64,000 bases of DNA, taken from assembly GCA_000708835.1 (NCBI GenBank), contig DF237146.1, positions 1-64,000 on the forward strand, in the 5' to 3' direction. Numbering within the stretch: position 1 is the stretch's first letter; every line of letters starts with the position of its first letter. This document shows positions 11,977 to 23,895 of the stretch, in pieces. A program made the position numbers and the translations under genes. Under the pieces are notes generated by a model that was not told the DNA's origin, did no database searches, and saw nothing but the letters and a program-made list of their open reading frames with translations. This DNA comes from Klebsormidium nitens. Lineage: Eukaryota > Plantae > Klebsormidiophyceae.

Positions 11977-13289
11977 CGTTTACCACGTCATCGGATCTGT
12001 CCGTGCCTGCACAGATGAAGATGTCTTTCTTGAAGAATCGCGGCGAGGTCGTGAGGTAATCCGGGAGATGCCTTTGTGACTGCACTACTCAAACTTTCTT
12101 AAGCAACACTGTATCAGGTGGCCCCCCTTCTCCCAAAGCCAGACCGCATGCGTTCAAGAACTCTTGCAGCCTCAGTTGAATATCGATGACGGGCCCACGT
12201 CCGACTTCTCGTTCCGATTGTATCAACGGCTTACTACATGGCTGGCTAGCACACTCTGAGATGAGCTTCTCTTATTCAGGTGCCCAACGAGCAATCCCAT
12301 CATGGCGATTTGATCACCGTGGCGTCATATACTAACAGCTGTAAACTTCAACGCGTGATTAAATGTACCCGACCTGCCGCACATCTCATGCGCCCATGTA
12401 TTCTTCTAAGGTGATCGCACTGGGACGGGTATGGTTGTTTTGGTGGCCTTTCAGGGCAGGTAAACTTAACTAGAGCTTATTGGTCACGTATGTGTGGGCG
12501 TGTCGATTGTTTTGGATTTCATTGCGCCCGTCGCATGCCAGTGCCTGCCAGACCTCGGCTTTATTACCAAATCGTTATGCTGGCATGCATCTGCATAATG
12601 GACCGCTGTCACGCAGGATTTGCAGCTAGAGGGCGCCCGAGTTCATCAAAATCAAGCACAGCATGTGCGGCTCAATGTGCTTCAATGCATGGACAACCGT
12701 GCGCGGCGCGCCGCCTGATGTGCCCGTCAATGATGGCTTTGACGTAATCATGTGGGCTGTGCATGACGAAGATCCGACGCCCCTGTTTAAGCCATCGGGG
12801 CCTGTGACTGATAAAATGGTTCAAGTTCTCGATCGGCGGGCAGAATCCCATTAAGCTCTACTCACAGGTGTAGCACATTCGAGTCACAATATGACGTGCC
12901 CATTCCACGCGTTCCAACTTTGGAATGTCTTCAGCGTGGAAACAATCAAAAGGGCTCAGAACGTTCATTCTTATAAACCCTTGAATACTCAAGAAAACTA
13001 TTTAGTAACGGAAGAGAAGCTGACCATATATTATCACACTAGCTCTTTGTAATTGACCGGCTACTGCTTTGATGGTCCGTTTCCAATCAGACAACTATCG
13101 ACCCCAGCCAGAGTAGCAAATTTTTGAACAATTTGAATCAATCCGTACACTTTGTTTGAATGACAGAAAACACATAAGAAGTAATCCCTGAAAAGATATG
13201 ACTTCAAAGGTCTTCCAGGAGACGGTTTCTTGATCATGCTGCACAAGTTAGCAATTGTGAAAGACCAGTACCATTTTTGTGCGCCAAGT

Positions 13290-14800
13290 TCACCTACAGG
13301 CTCCTGGACCTCACGTACTATCCGTTCCGTCGCCTTAGCAGCATACTTCTTTTTCCTGGCCCTCGAACGCTGACTCTCGGCGTCGCTCTCTACCACCTCC
13401 GCCTGCGCCACGAAGCTCCTCCTTCGCTCAAAACTACCGTTCCGCTCTCGTTGCACTTTCCTGGTTAAGTTTGCGCGGGGCCCAATACGCCCCAAAGCCG
13501 CTGCCGCAGAGCACACGAAACGCCTCCACTCGCCAACTAAACGTTCTAAACCCTCTGAATTCCTCTTCACAAGCCACGCGCTTCACTTCGTAGCGCTCTA
13601 GTTCCGATGCTGTCCGCAAGACCTGAGACGACAACGGGCCCTCTGGCGGAGTTTTCGGAGCCAAGGCGCTGACGCCAGTGCGGAAACGCTACAGAGGATT
13701 CGGTACGAAGGTGATGCTGGAGTGCAGGGTGAACGGGTAGCGGTTAGCGGCGCCCTCCCGTCTGGGGGGTCGGGGGAAAAGCTGGTTCGACCAGCTTTTT
13801 GATTTTTGGGATGAGCGACATCCCGAAGACCGAAAGAACTCCTGGAACGGTATGCGGGCAACATTCGGAGCCCGGCAAGGCCCCGAAGAAACCAAATTCT
13901 TCTTCAAGCAACGGTCATTAACAGCGGTTCGTAAGTGAACGTTCAAATACGGAACGCTCTGGTTCTTAACCTGTCTGCGCCTCCCTGGCCAGCTGCCTCC
14001 AGTCCCGCTTTTTCCGATCCTGGTACCCTTTCAAAGGCGACCGACGATTTTGTCGCTGCTTTCTTTGCCGCCTTCCCTGGGAATAAAGCTGCCGCCGTCG
14101 CTCACTTCCACTGCTGTTTTGCAGCGCCGTCACTCAAAAAGTACTCCCGACCGCCTTGATCTCCCCCAGGGGGGTCTTTTTCCAGCGGACTTCTAAGCCA
14201 ACCCGTCGATTCCACACCCCCCGTCGTCTAGGTCAAACGTAGTAACGGCCACTCTTGGCGGTCCCCCGGCTAGTCGTTCTCACCCGTCCCTGACCTCTTG
14301 AGAGTGTCTTTCCGTACTCTTTACACGGTCCGCTTCTTTCTGGCGACCCTTTCCCGCCTGCAAACACGCTGATGTGCGCCGCAAAATCCTTCGACAGCAC
14401 TCGTTCTTAACGTGCCTACCTTGTGCCAAGCCGCCGCCGCCTTCGTGCCAGGCTTCCCGCTTGACAGCACCGCTCGCGTCTCGATCGATCTGCCTGCTAA
14501 GGCACCACCGTTGCTGCAAGATCCGCTCTTCCGCCGAGGAAGTTGCGGAACAGAGACTTCGCGGCCCCGGCTGCTCGGGATTCTGCGCTCGCCCCCCTCC
14601 TCCAAGAGCAGCTTTCGCGGCCCCCCATTTGCGGCCAGACAATCCGCATCCCAATCTGAGCTCGGCACTTCGCCCCCCCCGTCATCACTTTGCGACGCCT
14701 ATTGCAACTCATCTAACGTACGAGCCGCACATTCGGTGCTCAACTCGTGACTCCAGTCCCCCTCACCGAAATTTCCTCGTCGTTCTTAATCCAGCCCTCG
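13290..14800 (-). pseudogene. Inverted, decayed duplicate of the last exon of the C2CD3-like gene
   Basis: Fragments DRDASGAVKREAWHEG, GAANRYPFTLHSSITFVP, PKTPPEGP.SSQV and VAQAEVVESD..SQR.R.RKKKYAAKATERIVR match about 34945-36510. Many stops and frameshifts. Homology continues into the 3' flank (about 13110-13290 vs 36510-36680). Confidence 0.9.
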
Positions 14801-15341
14801 GCCCGAAAACTTGCGCGCCGCGCGTTGCCGCCGGAGAGGTCCTCAGACTTAAATGGGATGACGCGACGGTCGAAAGCACGTTAGCCGATCCAACCTTCCA
14901 TTTCTCCTTGCTTTTGTGCCTTTATTGGTAAGTTTTGAGGTACGGTCCTTATATGGAAACTAAAGTCACGTAACTCAGTACGTACGTGAATTCTATATGT
15001 TTTATCTGCTCAGCATGTAATCCGACCATGCATGTCAGCGGTCACTGCAGCTGGTCCGAGTGATTGAATTTGATCGGAAATTCAATCTCTTTTAGTGCAG
15101 CTGTGCCGGCGTGTCAGGCCCTGGCTGACCTAACGAACTTATCAGTGTGAATGAAACTCCCAGAGTCACGTTTCTAGTATTATAGTCTGGCAGCGGCACT
15201 GAACGTACTAGACCGACGTCATTTTTCAAGAAAGCTCAAAACATTCTGCAGATTGTGCATACGTCCTGTTCATTTGATCACGATCGCTTCAACTTCATCC
15301 TTTACAAAGTGGTTCATCCGACATCTAGGTAGATCCGCTAA

Positions 15342-16097
15342 TCCGGACTTGAGCTATGATAAGTTGTACTATCTAGCTCAAAGTAGACGGTACCCTATGG
15401 CCCGGCCCATGAACATGAGCCTAACAAAGGAGACGCAAATGTACAGGCCTCACTAACACCGGTGTACCCGTTTCAACTACCGGAAACTCAAACAAGAAGT
15501 TCTAGGACAGAAAAGGCCACTCCGATCAGAAATTCTGTCTAACTAGATCCGGAGTTGAGCTAGAATTGTGCTATCTAATTCAAATCAGACGGTTCGCAAT
15601 GGCCACTTGACATGAATCTAACAAAGTGGACGCAAATGTACAGACCTCACCGACGACCCTATTACCCAGTGGAAGCTCGGACAAGAAGTTCTAGCACAAA
15701 AAAGGCCACTACCAATCAAAAAAAGTGTCTATTAGTCCGGAATGAGCTCGAATTGTACTATCTAGCTCAAATCAGACGGTTCCCTATGGACATTGACATG
15801 AACCTAAGAAAGTGGACGCAAACGTCCAGACCTCACCGACGACCCTTTTTTCCTATCGGAAGCTCGGACAGGAAGTTCTAGCACAAGATCCCGATCAGAA
15901 AGTTTGTCTAACTCCGGAGTTGAGCTAGAATTGTACTATCTAGCTCAAAGCAGACGATTCCCTACGGCCTGTTGACACGAACCTAACAAAGTAGACGCAA
16001 ATGTACAGACCTCACCGACGACCCTTTTTAACCACTGGAAGCTCGGACAAGAAGTTCTAGCACAAGAAAGGACACTCCGATCAGAAAGTTTGTCTGG
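15342..16097. repeat. Tandem satellite, 4 units of about 177-206 bp
   Basis: Anchor TCCGGA(G/C/A)(T)TGAGC at 15342, 15548, 15736 and 15913. Each unit carries (A/G)CTATCTA...AGACG...GACGCAAA..ACCTCAC..GAAGTTCTAG. Confidence 0.95.
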
Positions 16098-16619
16098 TTA
16101 CTGCTGCGATGGGTTGAATCCTAGGTAGATTGCGGCTCAAACACTACGGTACCTTGCGACAGTCGAAATCGTAAGGCCAAGTCACGAAGCAACGGGTGCA
16201 CCGTCCAAATGAGGTGACTCCACAATCCTGCGGCTCTGAACTGTGTAAGGTTTGATTTCCAAATCTCTGCTCACCAAAGTCTGATTTTTGCACCCTTTCT
16301 GGGACTCGAAGCACTGTCTCTTGTTTCACTGTAAGTTCATAAATATTGCTGCACTGTCTCTTGTCGGAAGGTCATATAAATACTGCTTCATGATGTCGCG
16401 TTCTTGTCATTGATGACGGCTTGTGGCACGCCTGGAATTCTTGAGTCCTCGGTTCTGTAGTCGTCGCTCCAAATCCGTCGAAGGCTTCCACTTGATGCGC
16501 CGGCCACAACGTATGAGGTGAGATATTTCAGATTCGAAAGTACCTGAGACAAGAACCAATCAATCAAGAATGGTACGTGACAGATCTGCTCAGACTCTTT
16601 CCATGTTGTTCGAGTACAG

Positions 16620-19600
16620 TGGATTACCACTGACATAATCGAGTAAGGGGACGGTGTACTAGGACCATTTCGAATCCACTGTTCTTAATCCTGGCTGCTT
16701 GACTTGCTAGCAGCGCAGGCTTAGCGTTGCAGACATCAAAAGTGACCAGAATAACTTCTTCACGGTTCGTTTCTGGCGGATACGGCGTAGATCACAAAGG
16801 CAGTTGAGGTACACACAGGGACCGTCTAACAAAAGGAGGGTAGCCAGGAGCGTACTCATCAATGGCAGAAAAGTTAGCCTTTACAAGGGAGCATCAGGCA
16901 TCGTAATTCAGCTTGACCCCGAAAGACTGGCCGTGGATTGGGCCACATCCACGAAGACTCTTCTGTTGTAGATGAGTCCGCTGAGCCAGATTCAACCAGA
17001 ATACAACCAGAACACATGTGCGTCGACTATGATGGAAGGTGATTCGCCTTTTCTACTCCTTGAAATTTGCACCGCCTTCCTATACTCGGTGCTTCAAAGG
17101 AAAAGAGTATATGCCACTTACCTTGCTGACCGAAGTCTTGTCTGCCCCCATAATAATAAATCCTTTGTGCTTCTCGCCTTCCGCGGACTCCCACTCAGAC
17201 GGGAAAAGTTCAACATCGATATCTTGGGCCCAATTCTTCAAGCTCTCGAAATGAGGGTAATACAGGGATGCTGAGTCGCACATACTGAATACCTGTGGGC
17301 TCTCCACGCTCGCCCAGAATTCCTGCAATTAACGAGTCAAAGGTTTCGGTGTCAACATCTACAGCGCTCGATCATGGTCATAACGCGACTACAAAATTTG
17401 CGCGTATACAATGATCGACCGAGCCGGAACACCATGTTGGTTGGCGGAAGAAGAAAGAAACTGGATCCTCGATGTTTGAAACTTGTGAATGAGCAAGAAC
17501 GAGGCATTCGAACGTCCTGACAAGACCCAGGATGACGCGTATGCTCATCACCTCCAGATCGCATTCTCTGGGTAACCTAGTATCATTTGATCAGACGCAG
17601 CTTGAGAAGACATTTGTTCTGCAATAAAGCGACAAGCAAGCCGGACTGCCGTTCAGATCTGGCATACCTGAATTTTCAAATGCAAAAGGGTCACTTTAGC
17701 AATCGAGATCTTCTCATGCCGAACGCCTCTTCTGTCCGTTACAGAACTCAGTCGACGACTGCAGAAAATGGTCACCCACCTTATCGTTGACATATTTTGG
17801 CTTTGGCACCGCATATACTTCAGTGCCTGCCGGAAGCCGTTCCATCAAGTATGTCGTCACGTTGATTGCACCCGGGGGAAACCGCACGTCTACGAACCAA
17901 CCGGGCTTCGCGGCCGGTATGGGAATGTCCCACCACGACGTCCAGACACGGGCTCCGCCATGCTTCCAAATCCACGGTGCTCGCTTCTAGCCTCCAATCT
18001 TCCCCCGAGAATCATAAAAGAGGTCTTGAAAGAAATAATTGATTACTGTGGGTTTGTCCCATTCATTGTGGATTGGGCCAGTGATCTGGATGTTGAGGTA
18101 CTCATCATTGTAAGTTTCATAATGAAGTATTTTCTCGATCGCGATAGGCGTAGGCTCCGGTGTATCGTCGTTCGGTGTTGACAAGAGGTATGACGGAACA
18201 GTTGCTTTGGGTGCCATTTTCGCCAGGACATCGGTTGCACCCAACCTGCACAACAAGAAAACGAGTTCGAATGTAAGGGGTACTACTAGCGACGTCAGGC
18301 TTGTCCTATTTGACGTCCCCAGCTTCTGTCAGGCACAAAGGCGTGCGTGCCAGAAGACGACGTGCTTCGACATCAACTTGATCTCCGACGGATGCCCGAG
18401 TCGCATTGCCTAGTGCACTTCCGGTATGCAACTTATACAGAGTTCAGCCGTCAAATTTCTGGCTCTTTGAATCTCGCAAGCAGGGGTTAATATTCTAGGG
18501 AGCGAGACACCTCTTGATGATGCCAATGATAATTTGTTCACAAACGATCGGAGGGTTGTGTCTGGACGAGTGGGTGTGCAAAGCAACGATAGGGACAACA
18601 TGCCCCTTATTGGACTGCTGTAATGACAGCAGGACCGGTGATTTTAAGAGTCCCTTTTAGAGTAAGCGAGTAATCTCACGATTGCTCAGATGCCTGCGAA
18701 AAGGTCTTTGCAAGCGATTCCCGATTTCGACTTGCCCAATACCCGTCAAGAGGATGACAAACAGCTTGTCGATGAAAGTACTTGGAGTGATGAGGTGGCT
18801 CCCAGCTTCAGAGAATTGGGCCTTCCTTTTTGTGACTAAGCAAAATAAAAACATCATAAAATAAGCAATCTTGAGCAGTGCTTTTAGGATCGAACTGGGA
18901 ACTCTGACTTCCAGGAAACCCACCTTGGAAATATGGTATTTGAGTGAATCTGTAAGTGGGACTCGTCTTGAATATCGAACTTCTGTTGCAGATTGGGCCC
19001 GGAAGAACCCCGAACGGCTGGTCGTCGTATATCCGCTCCCTGCAACAATGTCATCTGATTTGGCGGGCAAAAACCTACAACACGCAAAGTAGCGCTTGAT
19101 TAGTAGCACACCTATGTGTCATGCATGCCGCTCCTGAATCCACTAATGTCTGATATTTTTGTCCGCAATCAAGTGCCTTTGGTCGAGGACTGATTGGGGC
19201 AACGATTACGACCTCTAGAGCGTGACTGCAACTCTTCAGTCAAAGTAGACAAATGTACAAGGTTTTCAGGAGCGATAGCCTCTCGAAGGGTCCATGTGAG
19301 ACCAGATGGAAAGAAGCAAGCGCTAAATGACTCCAGAGAGATGGGTACGTTTGAAATCACAGATTGAATGTCGTCAAGGTCAGGTTTTTTGTGATCAAAT
19401 GCGTCTTTGCTAGTAAGAGCGACCTTGCCTGCCGTACGCAAGACGCCCTGTCAGCAGGATAAGTCAATCGGTCATGTTTCAAGATCGTTATTTCAGAGGA
19501 AGAAGCGTCCACTTGTATGGCTGTGGGAGAGTTCCTATAAAGCGCATCTCCAACACTCAGGAACGGGCACATCTTGCCAGCAAGGGTTGAAGAGCGAGCC

Positions 19601-22430
19601 TTTCAGGATAAGTAGCAGGGCGTCAGAGAGACACAAGTGCGGATACTGGTTTAGAAGATAGCCAGACTGTCCACCAGCAAACTGGTGTGATTCAGTCTTA
19701 ATAACGAATCAAGCCCTAAGAGTGCCAACGTCTTCACTTAGTCCCCGCAAGAGACAAAGCTCATCCTGAAATATACCCTTACTTCTGCATGTTTGGGTGA
19801 AGCGTGCATGATAGGACCATCACAGATTGCAACTTAAAGCTTGTCAAAGTGCTATGAAGCTGATTGCAGTAGCCTTTTGACATGACCTCTGTAACACAGC
19901 TAAAGCAGAAGTAGAAGCTTCTGACTTGAAGTATGCCTCACAGTAAATCCGCGCCTTACTTACGGGCGCTATGACAAACTCACCTACTGATGTATCGGCG
20001 GAACTCGTGGAAGTTGTGTTTCCCGGCGAAGCTGACGATGACGTCTGGACGAAGACCCGTTTATTACGATTGGAGTATGCTGAAGAACCTGCGCAAAAGT
20101 AGGCAGTCTGGTCAAAATTCAAAATCTAAAGGGCCATTTTGGACTGACTCTATCCTATGCAAAGAAAAACTTAAGTCGACTCTCTTGGACTTTCTGTTCA
20201 AGAGAACTCAGTGGCGTGAGGCTTCTAGGGTTTGGATCTTGATAACCAACAACCGGTGCTGCAACAACACCTGGCCTCTTGAGACATGGATGAATCAGAA
20301 GTCTCAGATTTGAAGGTGCATGAGAACAAGGCAGAAGTTGAGAGATACAGCCAAAGTTCATTGATGCATGACCTTCGTGGGACCTCGGAATCTTTGTAGT
20401 TTTCTGCAAACTGTCCGGTTAATGCTGAGCATCCTCGCCTAAGACTTCCAATGTCAAAGAGCTTTCTTGCGATCAAGCAGGAGGTGTAAACATCACTGGA
20501 ATGTGAGGACGAAGACAAGAAATGTACAGGCAGGCCTGAGCACGCGTAGAAGCATTTCAGTAGTTACTGCAGCCATGTGTGAGGTACAGTGGTACTGAAA
20601 GTCGCCAACGGAACAATTTGAGTTGGCGGTTCCACATACCTACAGACTTCATGGTCGAAAGTATGGGTGTTGATGATTTCGGTGGAGATATAGAGGCGCA
20701 CCCCTTGCAACTTTGGCTGGACAGTCCACCATGGTTGAACGACAATTCAAATCGTGTAGACCGAGGGAACTTATCTGCAGAGTCATGAAAGAAGAGCTCG
20801 AGCTGTCAACCGGAAAGCCACTCGTCAAGCGCTTCTTTCGGTAGGGCTTGGCCATGCAGTTAGGGACTTGTCCGTGAAGCCAAGATGGCATTTGCAGCTT
20901 GGTGCATTTCATGATGACAACTCCCTTTAGAGATGTTCCTTTCTACCCAGCGCAACGCAAAAGCCTGCCATGCTTTCAGAGTATCAAAAAATGGATGTGA
21001 AGTGCACTCTGGTATATTGGCAACTTTGCCGACCAGAAGAAGCGTCAGCTGACGAGCAGAACACGATCATCGGACTCCACCTTGCCCTATCTCTAAGATC
21101 GCATACTAAACTCTTAGTAGCTCACCTTGGCATGGCTTGTGTTCCCCTCTGATAAAACATGTGGAACCCTTGTCGTAATTGTACTTGAAGTCAAATATGT
21201 TGTGATCATTCAATCCCTGGTCCATAACGTGGAAATAATTATAGCTTGCGTGGGCAGCATCAAGAGACTCTGGATGTATTACCCCTGGGAAGTATCTCAC
21301 AATGAAAAGTTTTCCCTTGTATCTCGCCGTCAACTCCAACAAAACCGGATTGTGGTGCTTGTCGCCTGATGCAAAAACAAGTAAGACCTTCGTTTGGTCA
21401 TTAGAGCGACTGTTGAAGATGTCTTCGACAGCCCTCCTCATTTCCTGCAGGAAAAGGGATTGCATATGGGCATGGTGCAGAACAGCAAAGTGCAAAGTGT
21501 CTCTTAGGTTCGGTCCGAGGCATATGGGGAGCCTTGATGTGACAGTCATGCTGAAGAGCCCCTCTTTTTCAACAATCAGGTCTGCTCAATCTGCCTAGAT
21601 TTGCAGTAAGATACACTGATGTTGTCTTGATGTCCATCTCATTGTGGAACACTAGAGCAAAAAAGACACTAGGGACAAAAGAGAACAACAGCTGGAAGTA
21701 TAAATGCGTATCCATAGGACTGAAAGAGGAGTTTGAAGACACTTTCAAGGCCTTTTCAAATTCTACCCTGTCCGTTTCCTTTCCGCTATTGCCCTTTTTT
21801 TTGTCCTCCTTCGCCGCTGTGCTGTGGGGCAAAGAACTTCTATCGCTGGCATGACAACACCATTATCCACTCTTGTCATTATAATATAAAGAGATTCCCT
21901 CAAAACTCAAAGGGCAGCTCCTCAGCACCAAGGTCATGAAGGTGGTGCTTGTCTGATGATGCTGGTTGGAATCTTGCCTTGCCCACACTTCTCTTAATCT
22001 GCTGTTGCATTGCGACCTTTTATTTCTTGCATTATACAAATTTGCGGGACATAATGTTGCACATCACAGCCAGTGCTGTAACTTTGCAGCTCACCTTATT
22101 CACATATGCATCTACCTCTTCCTTCGTCCCACCCGCTTTGCCAGCCACCTCCTTGAGCTTACACCCACATTCCTCGAAATCAGCCGCCTCTTCGGCACTC
22201 AAAGGATTTTTTAGAATAGTTCGTGCAACATAGTGATGGACGATGTCGAGCGACCAGCCAGCCTGTTGAGCCCTCCGAGTAATATCACTCTTGATAATCT
22301 TCACATAGAGCTTTACGGTTGATATCTTGGGTCCCCCTGTCACCGCTGGCCTAATGTTCTCCGGATCGAGAGTCATAATCGCCTTCAACAGAGGCCGAGG
22401 AGTGTTGCTTCTGGCCCTATACCTCTCCAT
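16620..22430 (-). pseudogene. Multi-exon NYN (LabA/DUF88, PIN-like) domain gene with nonsense lesions in downstream exons
   Basis: The exon ending at 22095 (donor GTGAGC) splices in phase 0 to exon 21444-21126, giving IMTLDPENIRP...EECGCKLKEV...KEEVDAYVNK|EMRRAV...KVLLVFASGDKHHNPVLLEL...GKLFIV...SLDAAH. This follows the NYN pattern D-x-EN / K-x-x-VD / SGDxD. Further GT-AG bounded, protein-like segments to about 16620 contain isolated TGA/TAG stops (e.g. 17987-17989). Ends are approximate. Confidence 0.7.
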
Positions 22431-23895
22431 GCGCCTCCTCAGGGGCCCACCGCGAACCCACAACCACCACCGACCCAGCGAAGGTAGTGGTCCTGAATCG
22501 ATCTGGTGCTTGGCTCATCAAAGTCGGTTCCTGGACCGACACCGGCTCATTTGACCAGCCATTTCTGGACCCAGGTGAACCTCTGTCACCTCTCACAAAC
22601 TGCATTCGCAAACTTGCCTTGGACTCGGCATAATTTGGAGGAGCCTCAAGTTCAAGTTGTTGAGCTGGGCCTATAGGAGCTGGGCCCATGCCCCCGGTCA
22701 ATGAACCCCAGCCACGTCACCAGAGACGCCGGGTACCGCTTCTCAGGACCCGGCGGAGGTCCTTCGACGGTCCCCCAAGAAGAACTTTCGAAAGACCGTG
22801 CACCCCCTCCCCGCCTGCGGGCTAAGGGCTCACCCCCAAAATATAAAAAGAACGTTCGAAAGAGCCTGACATCGAAGTCGACAGAGCGACCTAAACGAAC
22901 ACGCCACGATCTTGTGGCCGGTACACAGCCCGGTGGAGGGATCGCTCAGATTGCCGCCATAATGCTTGAAAAGTCTCATCATGCAAATTTTCACAAGGGA
23001 AGCAATTAAGGGTGAGGAGCCTGGAAAGGTTGCAGAAGGAGCAGCAAAGAACCAGATGGTGATATGTACGGTGCGCCGGTTGTAATGGGCCAGAGAATTT
23101 GGTCAGGGCAGCCTTGGGGAACTGCATTTTGGAGCAGCTGATGCCCCCTGCTGCTCAGCCTGAGTTTGAGAAAATGACCGGTGAATATCTGCCCCTTTGC
23201 CCTAGGTTGAGAAATTTGACTTGGATCCAGAGGCCTAAAGGTGGAGCATTTTTACCGGCAATTTGAGCGAACTTTGGAAGGATAGCCTGCAAATCTGCTC
23301 TTTTCTGAGCCGCATGTTGTTGAGTTGTTCGCATGCTCTCACACAAGCATGACTTGAAATATGTAGTCTATCCACTTTTGATTGTCTCCTGTCTCGGGTG
23401 CAAAACCTGTGGAGACTTTTGGAAAGAATTGCCCTTCAGAGAGCCTATCTCTCTCCCCTTGGTGCAATAAAGCATCTGCTGGTGAGGTTCCTTGCAAGAG
23501 AGGTTTTCAGCTTCTACATCAAGGCTGTTTCCTTGTGCAGGACCCCCTGAGAAAGAGAAGACCAAGAGGATGCAGTTTGGTACGTCAATACCCCCCGGAG
23601 TTGGGCCAAATAGCAATATCCTCATCACATAAGCCGTGCTGACCTGAGCTTCTTGCTTCCCTGCTTCGTTGCCTGCGACTCTCTTTCTGGTTATCAGCAA
23701 GCCTTTCATGACCGATGTGCTTCCTCTTGAGTTTTCAGCCAAGCCTGAAGCAGACTCCGAGACTTCCAGGAACTCTTGAAATGCATTGAATGCATGATCC
23801 GCTTGAATGCAATCCAAAGCTTGCCAATTCATCACCACTTTTCCTTTGACCGCTGTTGCCTCCACTTCCTCGTGGGGAAGTTGTCATAACCACAG

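Noticed and set aside
15062-15180. Helitron 3' terminus (hairpin plus CTRR)
   Set aside because: The hairpin is AT-rich and not followed closely by CTRR on either strand. No Rep/helicase remnants seen.
15342-16097. Satellite as a coding repeat (LYYLAQ.RR.PM...TQMYRPH)
   Set aside because: Unit-to-unit indels are not multiples of three and stops occur.
23368-23865. 165-aa minus-strand ORF as an upstream exon of the NYN gene
   Set aside because: No motif, it overlaps the region with C2CD3 N-terminal similarity on the plus strand, and no phase-consistent link could be built.
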